Source: an uncultured Eubacteriales bacterium (lineage in GTDB: Bacteria; Actinomycetota; Coriobacteriia; Anaerosomatales; PHET01). From it: a stretch of 64,000 nucleotides of DNA. The position numbers and the translations under genes were made by a program. The notes beneath the pieces were generated by a model. It was not told the DNA's origin and did no database searches. It worked only from the letters and a program-made list of their open reading frames with translations. Below are positions 41,158-51,194 of this stretch, piece after piece. The DNA lies in contig CAZSLI010000002.1 of the NCBI GenBank assembly GCA_964607705.1, positions 2,791 through 66,790 of the forward strand. Reading direction: 5' to 3'. Numbering within the stretch: the stretch's first letter is position 1; every line of letters starts with the position of its first letter.

Positions 41158-42651
41158 TCAGCCTCGGGCAGCCTCCACCCGGTTCTTTCCCGCTCGCTTC
41201 GCACGATACATCGCCGCGTCGGCCGCTTCCACTAGCTTGAGCGCGGTCCGAGCGTCGGGCGGGTAGGCGGCGACACCCATGGAGACCGTCCGGTTGACCT
41301 TCGCCCCGTCGGTGGGCGCGAAGTCGATGTTCTCGATGTCGGAACGGATGCGTTCGGCGACCGCCGAAGCACCGTCGCGGTCGGTCTCGGGAAGCACCAG
41401 CACGAACTCCTCGCCGCCGTAGCGCGCCGCGATGTCCATCTCTCTCAGGTTCCGCCGTATGACCGAGGAGACAGCCTTGAGCACGTCATCGCCTCGGGGA
41501 TGGCCGTAGGAGTCGTTGAACTCCTTGAAGTCGTCGATGTCGAGCATGATGAGAGCCATGGGGTGCCCGAAGCGCGCCGAGCGCTTGAACTCCTCCTCGA
41601 GCCGCTGCTGGAAGTGACCGTGGTTGTACAGCTCGGTGAGCCGGTCGGTCACAGAGAGCCTCTCGAGCTCGCCGTGCAGAAGGGCGTTCTGAAGCGACAG
41701 CGAGGCCTGATTGCCCAGCACGTGCAAGCGCTCCATCTCGGCGGCCGAAAGCTCACGATGCGTGGCCGACGCCATGACCATGACTCCGAACACGTTCTCG
41801 CCGGCCCTCAGCGGTACCGCCGCCTGGCTGACGATCTCCTTAGCATCTTGGAGCCAGGCCGCCGAGGACGACCCGGACTGCACGAGTGCCTCCTGGACGG
41901 CTCCTTCACGGAACGCGTAGCCGAGGACCGTCTCGGAAACCGGTACGACCAGCCGAAACGCGCTCTCGGCCCGCCCCTGTGACGCGCGCAGGTGCAGTGT
42001 CCAGTCTTCGCGGTTGAACAGGTAGACGCAGCTGATCTCCGCGCCGAGGATGCCGTTGCAGCCGTCGACGATGAGCGAGCAGACGTCGTCGACCGACGTG
42101 TAGCTGGTGAGCGCCTTGAAGAACTCGTGCGTGAAGAAGATCTCGGCGAGTCGGCTCTCGAGTTCTTCATTCGCCCGCTCGAGCGCCTCCTTGCTCGAAG
42201 AGAGACGGCGCTCGTGGCTGCGGATCTTGTCGTAGGCCACCTGCAGCTCGACGAAGAGCCTCTCCTGCTCCTCGCCGCGCTTCTTGGCGACCATGAGGTC
42301 CCACAGCAGTTCGGAACCCGCGCCGCCGATGAGCCCGACCTGTACCGGACGCTGCGCCTCGAGCTCCGCTCGGATACGCGCGTCGCCGCTCATGTCGACG
42401 ATGAGGTCGAGGTCGGGGACCTGGAAGACCTCGGTAAGTTCCGACGTGCAGAATATCCCGAGGTCAGCGGCCAGACGTGCCGCCGGGCCACCGACACTTG
42501 CGGCACACAAGGCACTCACGGCGACCGTCTCGGACTCGCTCATGAGCCTGAGGATCATCGCGGCGCGCTCTCCCCCTCCGACGATCGCCAGCGTCGTACG
42601 CCGGGCGGTCCTGTCGGAAAGCGATATGCCTATGCCGTCGGTCAATGTCAC
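41158..42651 (-). CDS. diguanylate cyclase: Rossmann-like N-domain, coiled coil, GAF, GGDEF
   Basis: GGEEF active site with an RxxD I-site five residues upstream (REMDIAARYGGEEF), a GAF region and N-terminal LAIVGGGERAAMILRLM. I place the start at GTG 42651. The TTG at 42690 would overlap cheD. Confidence 0.88.
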   Translation of the reverse strand: MTLTDGIGISLSDRTARRTTLAIVGGGERAAMILRLMSESETVAVSALCAASVGGPAARLAADLGIFCTSELTEVFQVPDLDLIVDMSGDARIRAELEAQRPVQVGLIGGAGSELLWDLMVAKKRGEEQERLFVELQVAYDKIRSHERRLSSSKEALERANEELESRLAEIFFTHEFFKALTSYTSVDDVCSLIVDGCNGILGAEISCVYLFNREDWTLHLRASQGRAESAFRLVVPVSETVLGYAFREGAVQEALVQSGSSSAAWLQDAKEIVSQAAVPLRAGENVFGVMVMASATHRELSAAEMERLHVLGNQASLSLQNALLHGELERLSVTDRLTELYNHGHFQQRLEEEFKRSARFGHPMALIMLDIDDFKEFNDSYGHPRGDDVLKAVSSVIRRNLREMDIAARYGGEEFVLVLPETDRDGASAVAERIRSDIENIDFAPTDGAKVNRTVSMGVAAYPPDARTALKLVEAADAAMYRAKRAGKNRVEAARG

Positions 42652-42670
42652 TATCCGGCCCCCATGGCCC

Positions 42671-43186
42671 CTAAAGCCTACGCACGCCAAACTGATAGCT
42701 CTTCACGAGCATCTCACCCGTCTGCAGAACCAATTCCACCGTGCGGGCGTGCGCCTCACCTGTATCTTCGGCTTCCAGCACCACTGACATGAGTGCGAGC
42801 TGCCGCTTGCACTCGGCGACGTTGCGCCCGCCGATCGCCGCGACGTTGGTGTCACCGCGGAACATCGCAGCCCCACCGGCGAGCTTTGCCCTCATGCGGC
42901 GCTTCAGGCAGCCCTCGGCGAGAAGCATCTCGACGAGCCGAGGGATGGCGTAGTCGGCGAACCGGCCGCCGGTCGCTCCCGAGCTTGCGCCGCCCGGTGT
43001 CGGGAGCATCACATGCGCCAGGCCACCGGCATGAGCGTAGGGGTCGTAGATGGCGACGCCGACGCACGAGCCGAGCGCGGGCGTGAACAGGCGCTTCGGC
43101 GCAGTCGCGACCACGAGTTCGCCGATGCCGACTTCTATGAGGTCGGGGTCGCTCTCGAAGTCGAGGATGTCGTGTCCGCCGGCCAT
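42671..43186 (-). CDS. cheD: chemoreceptor glutamine deamidase CheD
   Basis: 171 aa. ALGSCVGVAIYDP...GGLAHVMLP is the CheD signature. Confidence 0.9.
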   Translation of the reverse strand: MAGGHDILDFESDPDLIEVGIGELVVATAPKRLFTPALGSCVGVAIYDPYAHAGGLAHVMLPTPGGASSGATGGRFADYAIPRLVEMLLAEGCLKRRMRAKLAGGAAMFRGDTNVAAIGGRNVAECKRQLALMSVVLEAEDTGEAHARTVELVLQTGEMLVKSYQFGVRRL

Positions 43187-43189
43187 GGG

Positions 43190-43801
43190 CTACGAGACGC
43201 CGAGCCGACCCAGCAACACGGGTATCGAGTCGGTGGCTGGCACGAAGAACAGACCGGCCTCAACAGTCGCGCTCTCGTCGATGAATGCGGTCCGTACCAG
43301 GATCGCGTCCTCGGCAGCCGAACCCACCTCGGCGATCGCAGTCTCCATCACCGCTCCGGCCATGTCGAACGCCATCGCCGCGTTGGATGGCAGGACGTCG
43401 AGATCGGCCATCCGCGCGATCGCCGCAAGATAGGCCGAGATGAGGATCGACGCGGCGTGTCGAAGCAGGGCCTCTTCCTCGTGGCCGATGGAGACGGTCT
43501 GAGGGGTCTCGTGGCCGTGAAGGAGGTCGACCAGCGCGAGCGCGGCCTCCCTCCTGGCGACGAACAGCATCCCGCCCGACAGATCGCCGAGGAGACGCGA
43601 GTAGACGGCCAGCACGAGCAGCTCCGGTCCACCCAACGCCCTCGGCACGTCGGCCAAGTGTATGACCTCGATCTCGGGCACCTTGAGGTTCACGGGCCGG
43701 TCGACGAGCTGCGAGAGCGCGGTGGCTGCGTGTCCTGCGCCGATACCCCCGATCTCGCGGAGCGCATCCAGCTGCAACGGTGTGAGGCTGTCGAGCCGCA
43801 T
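43190..43801 (-). CDS. cheC: CheY-P phosphatase CheC
   Basis: 203 aa. LDALREIGGIGAGHAATALSQL start and a second pseudo-repeat (AFDMAGAVMETAIAEV). Located between cheA and cheD as in Bacillus-type systems. Confidence 0.85.
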   Translation of the reverse strand: MRLDSLTPLQLDALREIGGIGAGHAATALSQLVDRPVNLKVPEIEVIHLADVPRALGGPELLVLAVYSRLLGDLSGGMLFVARREAALALVDLLHGHETPQTVSIGHEEEALLRHAASILISAYLAAIARMADLDVLPSNAAMAFDMAGAVMETAIAEVGSAAEDAILVRTAFIDESATVEAGLFFVPATDSIPVLLGRLGVS

Positions 43802-43802
43802 G

Positions 43803-45782
43803 TCACCCCTCCTGGTACGTGAACAGCGACCGAGGATCGAGGATGAGGATCACACGGCCATCGCCGAGGATCGTCGCGCCCGAGAAGCCACGCGTATCCC
43901 TGAACAGGCGTGACAGCGGCTTGACCACGATCTCCGTCCTGCCTGCGAACGCGTCGACGTGCAACGCCTTGAGCTCCCCCGCCGACTGGACAAGCACGAC
44001 GTTGGAGCCGGGCTCTGGCATGCGATTGCTGTCGCCGCCGAAGAGGGCGACGTCGAGCCGGAACATGGGGACCACGACGCCGTCTCTGAGTATCAGGACG
44101 GGAGCTCCGTCCACGGTGTCGAGGTTGAGGTCCTCGGCGGCTATGACTTCTTCGACCGAGGAAAGCGGGAGCGCGAAGTCCTGCCCGCGCGATGTCACCA
44201 GCAAGGCGTGGACGATGGCGAGCGTGAGCGGCAGCCTGAGAATGAACGACGTACCCACGCCGATGGACGAGTGGATCTCGACGGTGCCGCCGAGATGCTC
44301 GATCTTGCCCTTCACGACGTCCATACCCACGCCGCGACCCGAGACCTTCGTAGCGGTCTCCGCTGTCGAGAAGCCCGGGACGCAGGTGATCATCAGGATG
44401 TCATCGTTGCCGTACTCGTGCCGGGCGGACTCTGCGACGATGCCGCGCTCCACCGCCTTGGCCCACACTCGTTCGGGATCGATGCCCTTGCCGTCATCGC
44501 TGACGGAGATTGCAACGTGATCCCGCTCGCGTGCGGCCGACAGCGTGATGCGCCCGACAGCCGCCTTGCCAGTTGCTGCACGAGCGCTAGGCGACTCCAC
44601 GCCATGATCGATGCTGTTGCGAAGCAGGTGCACAAGGGGGTCGCCGATCTCGTCCAGCACGGTTCGATCGAGCTCGATATCGAGTCCCTGCATGTCGAAA
44701 TCGATGTCCTTGCCGAGCTCGATGGCGAGGTCGCGAACCATGCGAGGGAACCGGTTGAAGATGTTGCCGACCGGCACCATCCTGGTCTGCATGACCTCGT
44801 ACTGGAGATCGGTCGAGATCCTCTGGAGGTCACCTATGGTCTCGGCGAGCGCCGGATCGACTCGAGCGTCGGAGAGCTCCTCGAGGCGCGAGCGGAGGAT
44901 CACGAGTTCCCCGACCAGGTCCACGAGAGTGTCGAGGTGTCCGATCGAGATGCGCACGGTCTGGGTCTCAGAGAGTTTCGGTACGCTCCTGATCTGGGCG
45001 CTCGCTCGCGGCGACAGTTGGGCCGGTGCAGCCGGAGTCGCGCTCTGCCGAGGTGCCACGCTCTTCTCGACGACGGTCACTTGCTCGACTTCCGAGACGT
45101 GCTCGGCAGCCTCCCCTATTGCCGCGGGTGAAGCGTTGCTTGCGAGGATGACCTTGAACTCGCGCTCAAACTCCTCATCTTCGATCTCGCGACCGGAGGG
45201 AACCGTATCGACGACCCGGCCGATGTGGCTCAGGCGCTTGATCACCATATACGCACGAACAGCCTTGAGCACGCACGACTCTTCGAGCCTGACCGTGATG
45301 TCGTACTGGGCCGCTTCATCCGGCGTTGGACCGCCAGCCTGGTCAACCGGCTCATCGGCAGACTCGCCCGGTGCGGCGGGCGGTGCAGCCGACTGAGCTG
45401 CCACGCCCGCCGTCGCCGCCTCAAGAGCCGCGATGACGTCCGAGGGATCCACCGCAGAGCGGCCGTTGGACTCGTCATCTATAAGTTCGCGCACGACGTC
45501 GCTCGCGGCGAGCATCAGATCGATGACCGGCTGGTCGGGCTTGAGATCGCCCTTGCGGACCCGGTCCATCAGTCCTTCCATCTTGTGAGTGAGATCCGCT
45601 GTCCGCTCGTATCCCATGGCAGCAGCCATGCCCTTGAGCGAGTGCGCGCCACGGAACACGATCTCGACCGGAGCCAGGTACGTCGGGTCGCGCTCAAGAT
45701 CGAGCAAACCGTCGGTTATCTGCTGGAGGAAGTCCGCGCTCTCGGCGAGGAATACATCCCTGTAGGCATCCATGTCGGACAT
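43803..45782 (-). CDS. cheA: chemotaxis histidine kinase CheA
   Basis: 659 aa. HPt (FRGAHSLKGMAAAMG), dimerisation domain, HATPase (HLLRNSIDHG, DDGKGID, GRGVGMDVV) and a C-terminal CheW-like domain. Confidence 0.97.
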   Translation of the reverse strand: MSDMDAYRDVFLAESADFLQQITDGLLDLERDPTYLAPVEIVFRGAHSLKGMAAAMGYERTADLTHKMEGLMDRVRKGDLKPDQPVIDLMLAASDVVRELIDDESNGRSAVDPSDVIAALEAATAGVAAQSAAPPAAPGESADEPVDQAGGPTPDEAAQYDITVRLEESCVLKAVRAYMVIKRLSHIGRVVDTVPSGREIEDEEFEREFKVILASNASPAAIGEAAEHVSEVEQVTVVEKSVAPRQSATPAAPAQLSPRASAQIRSVPKLSETQTVRISIGHLDTLVDLVGELVILRSRLEELSDARVDPALAETIGDLQRISTDLQYEVMQTRMVPVGNIFNRFPRMVRDLAIELGKDIDFDMQGLDIELDRTVLDEIGDPLVHLLRNSIDHGVESPSARAATGKAAVGRITLSAARERDHVAISVSDDGKGIDPERVWAKAVERGIVAESARHEYGNDDILMITCVPGFSTAETATKVSGRGVGMDVVKGKIEHLGGTVEIHSSIGVGTSFILRLPLTLAIVHALLVTSRGQDFALPLSSVEEVIAAEDLNLDTVDGAPVLILRDGVVVPMFRLDVALFGGDSNRMPEPGSNVVLVQSAGELKALHVDAFAGRTEIVVKPLSRLFRDTRGFSGATILGDGRVILILDPRSLFTYQEG

Positions 45783-46879
45783 CAGTTGTACTCACCGCCC
45801 GAGCGCGCGCGGACGGCCCGGCGGATCTCGGCCGCCACGAGGCCTATGGGTACCTGCCGGTTGGTCGCGCCCGACCGAACCGTCGCCCCCGGCATGCCCC
45901 ACACGATGCTGGTCGGTTCGTCCTGAACGACGATGTCGCCGCCTGCCTTCTTGATGCTCAATGCTCCATCCGCACCATCAGAGCCCATGCCGGTGAGCAC
46001 CACGCCAACGGAGTGACCGCCGAAGATCGATGCGACACTCTTCATGAGGTAGTCACCAGCCGGCTTGACGCCGTGGAGGGAGGGCCCATCGGTCATCCGT
46101 AACACCGGTTGGCCCTCGCTGCGCTCCACAACGAGATGGCTGCCATGGGGAGCGATGTACGCGTGACCCGGCTCAAGGTGCATGCCTTCCTCGGCGATGC
46201 TGACCTTGACCTCACTCACACTATCGAGCCTGCGAGCGAGTGAGTCGGCGAACCCCGCGGGAAGATGCTGGACCACGATGTAGGTCGCAGGCATCGAGGC
46301 CTGCAAGCCCGAGAAGACGCGTTCCAAAGCAGGAGGGCCGCCGGTCGACGATGCGATCGCCACACACGCGGAGATCCGCGTCGCTGTGATGGTGGGCGGC
46401 GCTACGGCGATGGCGGGCTCTGCTGTCTTGAACAGCTCGGCGGCATTGGCCTGGACGACGAGTGCCGCCCTCTCAGGGGTGATCCGGTATGCCGTCTTGA
46501 TCTTCTTGAGGAGGACCTCGGTCAGTTCGGTGATCGAGGTCGCAACCCCGGCACTGGGCTTGGCGAGGAAGTCCACCGCTCCCAAGGACAATGCCTTGTA
46601 GGTGGTCTCCGGGTCGTCGAGGGACGAGAGCATGACCACGCGCGCCGGCGAGTTCTTGCGGATATGCGGGAGCGCCTCGAGCCCATTGAGCTCAGGCATT
46701 TCGATGTCGAGCGTGATGACGTCGGGTTCGAGGTCCCGCGCCTTCTCGATGGCCTCGACGCCATCTCGCGCGCTGCCGATCACCTGGACGCGCGGGTCCA
46801 TCGCAAGTGCCCTCGTAAGCATTTGGCGGATGAGCGCGGAGTCGTCGACTACGAGGACCCGGATCGACGTGGGCGGCAT
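45782..46879 (-). CDS. cheB: chemotaxis response regulator protein-glutamate methylesterase CheB
   Basis: Receiver domain (IRVLVVDDS...DVITLDIEMP) plus esterase domain (ASSTGGPPAL, LTGMGSDG). Start at the inner ATG 46879. Confidence 0.93.
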   Translation of the reverse strand: MPPTSIRVLVVDDSALIRQMLTRALAMDPRVQVIGSARDGVEAIEKARDLEPDVITLDIEMPELNGLEALPHIRKNSPARVVMLSSLDDPETTYKALSLGAVDFLAKPSAGVATSITELTEVLLKKIKTAYRITPERAALVVQANAAELFKTAEPAIAVAPPTITATRISACVAIASSTGGPPALERVFSGLQASMPATYIVVQHLPAGFADSLARRLDSVSEVKVSIAEEGMHLEPGHAYIAPHGSHLVVERSEGQPVLRMTDGPSLHGVKPAGDYLMKSVASIFGGHSVGVVLTGMGSDGADGALSIKKAGGDIVVQDEPTSIVWGMPGATVRSGATNRQVPIGLVAAEIRRAVRARSGGEYN

Positions 46880-46890
46880 GATCTCGTTCC

Positions 46891-47262
46891 TCAGCCGACC
46901 GAAGCTTGCAGGCACTTCTTGACGGTCTCGAGCACCTTCGTCGGCTGGAAAGGCTTTACGAGAAAGTCGAGCGCGCCCGCCTCGAGCGCCTCAACGATCA
47001 TCTTCTGCTGTCCCATCGCGCTCACCATAAGCACGCGGGCTGCGGGGTCTACGCGCTTGATCTCTCGAAGCGCCTCGATTCCATCGAGCTCGGGCATCGT
47101 GATGTCCATAGTCACCAGGTCCGGCCGGACCTCACCGTACTTCTCGATAGCGTCTCGGCCATTGACGGCTTCATGGATCGCGTAGCCCTCCCGGGCGAGT
47201 ATGTCTCGGATCATCATCCTCATGAACGCTGCATCATCGACGACCAGAATGGTCTTAGACAT
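46891..47262 (-). CDS. cheY: chemotaxis response regulator CheY
   Basis: The inner ATG gives MSKTILVVDDAAFMRMMI...DLVTMDITMPELDG...VSAMGQ...K, a single receiver domain of 123 aa. Confidence 0.93.
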   Translation of the reverse strand: MSKTILVVDDAAFMRMMIRDILAREGYAIHEAVNGRDAIEKYGEVRPDLVTMDITMPELDGIEALREIKRVDPAARVLMVSAMGQQKMIVEALEAGALDFLVKPFQPTKVLETVKKCLQASVG

Positions 47263-47746
47263 CCGCGGGCACCTCTTCGTCGTCGGCTCCGGGGACCGCC
47301 GAGGCATACTCGGAACGGGGAACCGCCTCATCCAGGTTGAGCAGTATCACAAGCTTGCCGTCCCGCTCGACCACACCGGAGAAGGCGCGGGCGGTCTCAG
47401 GCGCCAAGACGCCGTCGGGGACAGGGTTGACGGACTCGGGTTCGAACTCGGTGACCTCGGTAGCGGAATCCACAGCGACACCCACCGCGCCAGCAGCGCC
47501 CTCTGCGACAACGATGCGCGAGAAGGTCCCCGGCTTGAATGGGATCCCCTTGAAGCGCATGTGGAGATCGACCACCGGAATGACGCGGCCACGGAGGTTG
47601 ATCACCCCCAGCACCGAATGCGGGGCCCGGGGGACCGGCGTCGCCTCCTCGAAGCGGATGATGCTGTTGACGGCGGCGACCGGCAGGCCGTATTCCTCAT
47701 CGGCCAGATGGAAGACCACGTAGCTGTTCGCCAGAGGTTTGCTCAT
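47255..47746 (-). CDS. cheW: chemotaxis coupling protein CheW
   Basis: 163 aa. FHLADEEYGLPVAAVNSIIRF...VLGVINLRGRVIPVVDL is the CheW pattern. Confidence 0.92.
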   Translation of the reverse strand: MSKPLANSYVVFHLADEEYGLPVAAVNSIIRFEEATPVPRAPHSVLGVINLRGRVIPVVDLHMRFKGIPFKPGTFSRIVVAEGAAGAVGVAVDSATEVTEFEPESVNPVPDGVLAPETARAFSGVVERDGKLVILLNLDEAVPRSEYASAVPGADDEEVPADV

Positions 47747-47754
47747 CGCGTGCT

Positions 47755-49071
47755 CTAGTCGACCCGGAACCGGTGAACGGTCTCGTCGAGACGCTGCGCC
47801 ATGTCGGCGAGATCCTGGGCCGACGCGGTGATCTCCTGCATACAGGCCGTCTGCTCTTCGGCAGCGGCGGCGGTCTCTTCGGCGGAAGCGGCGTTCTGCT
47901 CGACCACCGCAGCGATCTCGTGCATCGCCCGGTCGACATCCGTCGTGCGTCGCGCCTGCTCGCTCATCGACTTGGCGATCTCGTCGGCCAGCTGGCTCGT
48001 GCGGGAAACGGCGTCACTGATCGCGCGGAGCGCCTTGCCGCTGCGGCCGACGACCTCGCTGCCGACCTCGACCTCGCGCGTACCGATCTCCATGTATCGC
48101 ACGGCCTTGGCTGTCTCCGCCTGAACGTCTTGGATGAGCTCTCCGATCCGCTCGGCCGCCTGCCCAGAGCCCTCGGCCAACTTGCGGACCTCCTCGGCGA
48201 CGACCGAGAACCCGCGGCCCGACTCGCCGGCACGCGCGGCCTCGATCGCTGCGTTGAGCGACAGGAGGTTGGTCTGGTCGGCGATGTTGGTGATGACGTC
48301 GACGATGCCGCCGATCTGCTCGCTTCGCTTGCCGAGGACTTCGACCGAGGATGCGAGCGTCTCGATGGCCTGCTGGACCTCGGCGATCTTCACGATCGCC
48401 TGCTCGGTCGCCTCCTCGCCAGCGCGAGCGACCTGTGCGGCCTCGAGACTCGTGGTCGCCGCCTCGGTCGCCTTTGACGCGACCTGCTCGGTTGTGGAGG
48501 TCATCAGGGCGACAGCGCGGCTGGTATCGTCGACCTTGCGCGACTGCAGCTCGGCACCATGCGCTATCTGCTGCACCGACGAAGAGATCTCGATCGTCGA
48601 TGAGTTGATCTCCTCGGAAGACGCCGAGAGTTCGGATGCGGCCGCTGACACCGAATCGGCCGAGCGTCGCACCTGCGACGCGATGCCGGAGAGCGACTCG
48701 ATGAGCAGGTTGCATTCGCGAGCAAGCTCGCCGATCTCGTCATTGCGCTGGATCCGGGCGCGTACGCGCAGATCCCCCTCGCCGGCCTGGATCATCGTGC
48801 CGCCCAGGTCGCGAAGCGGACGGAGGATCCTGTCCTTGAACTGGATGCGCCACAGCCAGGTCCCGACGGGCGCCATGAGGAACATCGCGACCGCGCCCAC
48901 CGCCATGACCGGCGCCATCTCGGCCAACGAGAGGTCGAGGAAGTAGTAAGCGAAGATCGCCGTCAGAATCAGTCCGAACAAGACCGCCGGTCCGATCGCC
49001 ACCCAGGTGAGCAGCGTAAAGATGAAGGACAGCCCGCCTCTGACGGTGCTATCCCTGTGTTCCTGCGCCAT
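47755..49071 (-). CDS. methyl-accepting chemotaxis protein (2 TM, HAMP, MA domain)
   Basis: 438 aa. HAMP ([21 protein letters not shown]) and the conserved hairpin [35 protein letters not shown]. Very short extracytoplasmic loop. Confidence 0.92.
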   Translation of the reverse strand: MAQEHRDSTVRGGLSFIFTLLTWVAIGPAVLFGLILTAIFAYYFLDLSLAEMAPVMAVGAVAMFLMAPVGTWLWRIQFKDRILRPLRDLGGTMIQAGEGDLRVRARIQRNDEIGELARECNLLIESLSGIASQVRRSADSVSAAASELSASSEEINSSTIEISSSVQQIAHGAELQSRKVDDTSRAVALMTSTTEQVASKATEAATTSLEAAQVARAGEEATEQAIVKIAEVQQAIETLASSVEVLGKRSEQIGGIVDVITNIADQTNLLSLNAAIEAARAGESGRGFSVVAEEVRKLAEGSGQAAERIGELIQDVQAETAKAVRYMEIGTREVEVGSEVVGRSGKALRAISDAVSRTSQLADEIAKSMSEQARRTTDVDRAMHEIAAVVEQNAASAEETAAAAEEQTACMQEITASAQDLADMAQRLDETVHRFRVD

Positions 49072-49121
49072 CTGGCTCGTTCCCCTCCGCGGCCCTTCCG
49101 GGCAGCTGACGTCCCCCCGGC

Positions 49122-49970
49122 CTAGTAGCGGACCGGCTTGCGATAGATACGCTCTCTGCCATCTATCGGCTCAAAGCGCTCCGCGGCTTGAGGGCTCAAC
49201 TTCTCACTGCGCCCCAAGACGAGATAGCCTCCGCGCGCCAACGCTCCCCAAAACGTTTCGAGCGCTCGCGCCTGCTGCTCTCGATCGAAGTAGATGAACA
49301 CGTTGCGGCACATGATGAGATCGATCGATCGCTGTGGCGCCGGATCGAACAGGCTCGCTTCGCGGAACCGTACGATCTTGCGTACCGACGGGTCCATCTC
49401 GAACGCTTCGCGATTAACCGGCTGGGTGAATCGTACCTGATAACTGGCCGGGATGTGGCGCAGCCGCTGGTTGTCGAAGACGCCCAGCTCGGCCCTGCGC
49501 AGCGCCTCCCGGTCGAGGTCCGTCGCCAAGACTGACATCAGGTAGCGTGACTCGTCCTTCCCAACCGCGTCGAGCAGCATCATGGCGAGCGAATAGGGCT
49601 CTTCTCCGGTAGCACACGCCGCAGACCAAAGGCGGATCGTTCGACTTCGCCCCTCGGACTTCGACTCGAGCATGGGCCGCATGACATTACGCTTGATCGA
49701 GTCCCACACGACCTGGTCGCGGAAGAACTCGGTGACGTTGATCGTCAGCGTGTCCAAGAGGCGTTCGTACTCGTTCGGATCCGACTCTAGGACATCGGCG
49801 TACTGCCTGAACGAGTGCAGGTCGAGGGCGCGCAGCCGCGTGGTGATGCGCCGCTCCACGTACGCTCGACGATACAGCGACAAGTCGATGCCGCGTGCAT
49901 CGTTGACCTTGTCGATGAGTCGGTCGAGGCTGCCGCGATAGACTCCTGAGGAACCGCCCTCTTCCACGCG
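49122..49970 (-). CDS. cheR: chemotaxis protein methyltransferase CheR
   Basis: CheR N-domain ([16 protein letters not shown]) and SAM-MTase domain ([31 protein letters not shown]). I place the start at GTG 49970 after GGAGGGGGG. The track ORF extends to 50024. Confidence 0.88.
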   Translation of the reverse strand, partial: RVEEGGSSGVYRGSLDRLIDKVNDARGIDLSLYRRAYVERRITTRLRALDLHSFRQYADVLESDPNEYERLLDTLTINVTEFFRDQVVWDSIKRNVMRPMLESKSEGRSRTIRLWSAACATGEEPYSLAMMLLDAVGKDESRYLMSVLATDLDREALRRAELGVFDNQRLRHIPASYQVRFTQPVNREAFEMDPSVRKIVRFREASLFDPAPQRSIDLIMCRNVFIYFDREQQARALETFWGALARGGYLVLGRSEKLSPQAAERFEPIDGRERIYRKPVRY

Positions 49971-50025
49971 CCCCCCTCCGACAGACACAACCGACCCCGC
50001 GTGTGAAGTGCTAGATATGCGCACC

Positions 50026-50031
50026 TATAAT
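50026..50031 (+). promoter_or_regulatory. perfect TATAAT box in the cheR / L,D-transpeptidase divergent region
   Basis: Plus-strand TATAAT at 50026-50031 within an AT-rich patch (CCTATAATAGTATGCC). No convincing -35. It could serve the ldt gene or, as ATTATA on the other strand, cheR. Confidence 0.3.
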
Positions 50032-50078
50032 AGTATGCCAGTCAGTTCGTGCATCTCGCCGAAGAAAGGCGCCGGCTG

Positions 50079-51140
50079 GTGAAGGCCCCGAGCATCACTC
50101 AGAAGGTGGTCGCCGTCATTGCCGCGGCCGTCCTGCTCCTGCTCTCAAGCGGCTTGGCCTGGGCCGCCGCCAACGACTACCGAGAACGCGCCTTCGTTCC
50201 CCAGGGAGTCTCCGTCAACGGGACAGATCTCGGCGGCATGACCGAGGCCGAGGCCCGGACCGCAATCGAGCAGGCCGTCGCCGCCCCGCTCATGCGGCCG
50301 TTGGACGTCACGGTGGACAGCAGCACGGTCTCGTTCGATCCGCAGGATGCTGTGCGAGTCGACGTGGAGTCGATGCTCGACCAGGCATACGGCGCGCGCC
50401 GAAAGGCCGCCTTCGTCGCACGCGTACGGCACGACGTGGCGCATGAGCCCCTGACGGCCGTAGTGCGCCCCCAGTACTCGGTCGATGCCACGGCCGTCCA
50501 CACCTGGCTCACGGAGGTCGCCTCCACCGTTGACCGCCGAGCGGTCAACGCCACCATCACGGTAAGCGACGGCGCCGTGAAGCTCCGGCCGTCTGGTACC
50601 GGCAGGAAGACCGCCATCGATGACGGAGTCGCCAAGATCGTCGCGGCCTTCTCCGACGAGAGCGCTCTGTCCTCCTCGGCAGAGCGCGCCGTCGTCGTAC
50701 CGGTGGCCGTTCTCAAGCCGAAGGTCACCGAGAAAGACCTCGGCAAGACCATCGTGGTCGACCTCTCCGAGCGCCGTATCCGCCTCTATGACGGAGCGAA
50801 GATCGAGAAGACGTACCCCTGTGCGATCGGCACTCCGGACCATCCCACCCCGAAGGGGCACTTCGAGATCGTCCTCAAGCGCTACCTGCCCACGTGGGTC
50901 AATCCGGCGCCCAACAGCTGGGGCAAGGACATGCCTCCCTCTATACCGCCGGGGCCGGGGAACCCGCTCGGCACCCGCGCCATCAACCTGAGCGCGTCAG
51001 GCATCCGGTTCCACGGAACGACGAATCTCGGGTCCATCGGAAGCGCCGCGAGCCACGGGTGCATGCGAATGGTTCGGGCTGACGTGGAGGACCTGTACGA
51101 GCGCGTCAAGATAGGCGACCAGGTCTACATCGTCCCCTAG
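50079..51140 (+). CDS. membrane-anchored L,D-transpeptidase (YkuD domain)
   Basis: N-terminal TM helix, a long linker domain and C-terminal YkuD (IRLYDGAKIEKTYPCAIG...HGTTN...SHGCMRM). I place the start at GTG 50079. The track ORF starts at 50049. Confidence 0.88.
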   Translation: MKAPSITQKVVAVIAAAVLLLLSSGLAWAAANDYRERAFVPQGVSVNGTDLGGMTEAEARTAIEQAVAAPLMRPLDVTVDSSTVSFDPQDAVRVDVESMLDQAYGARRKAAFVARVRHDVAHEPLTAVVRPQYSVDATAVHTWLTEVASTVDRRAVNATITVSDGAVKLRPSGTGRKTAIDDGVAKIVAAFSDESALSSSAERAVVVPVAVLKPKVTEKDLGKTIVVDLSERRIRLYDGAKIEKTYPCAIGTPDHPTPKGHFEIVLKRYLPTWVNPAPNSWGKDMPPSIPPGPGNPLGTRAINLSASGIRFHGTTNLGSIGSAASHGCMRMVRADVEDLYERVKIGDQVYIVP

Positions 51141-51194
51141 CAGGCGAGCTCGCTCGCCGAGGGCTGACTCCTCGGCCGCACTGAGCCGTCGCGG

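Noticed and set aside
51143-51176. Two overlapping GC hairpins (GGCGAG-ctcg-CTCGCC and GCCGAGG-gctgact-CCTCGGC) between the convergent ldt and giant-protein genes, considered as a bidirectional terminator.
   Set aside because: Neither hairpin has a U tract on either strand, and the stems are short (6-7 bp) and mutually exclusive. They are plausible, but too weak to call as a feature.
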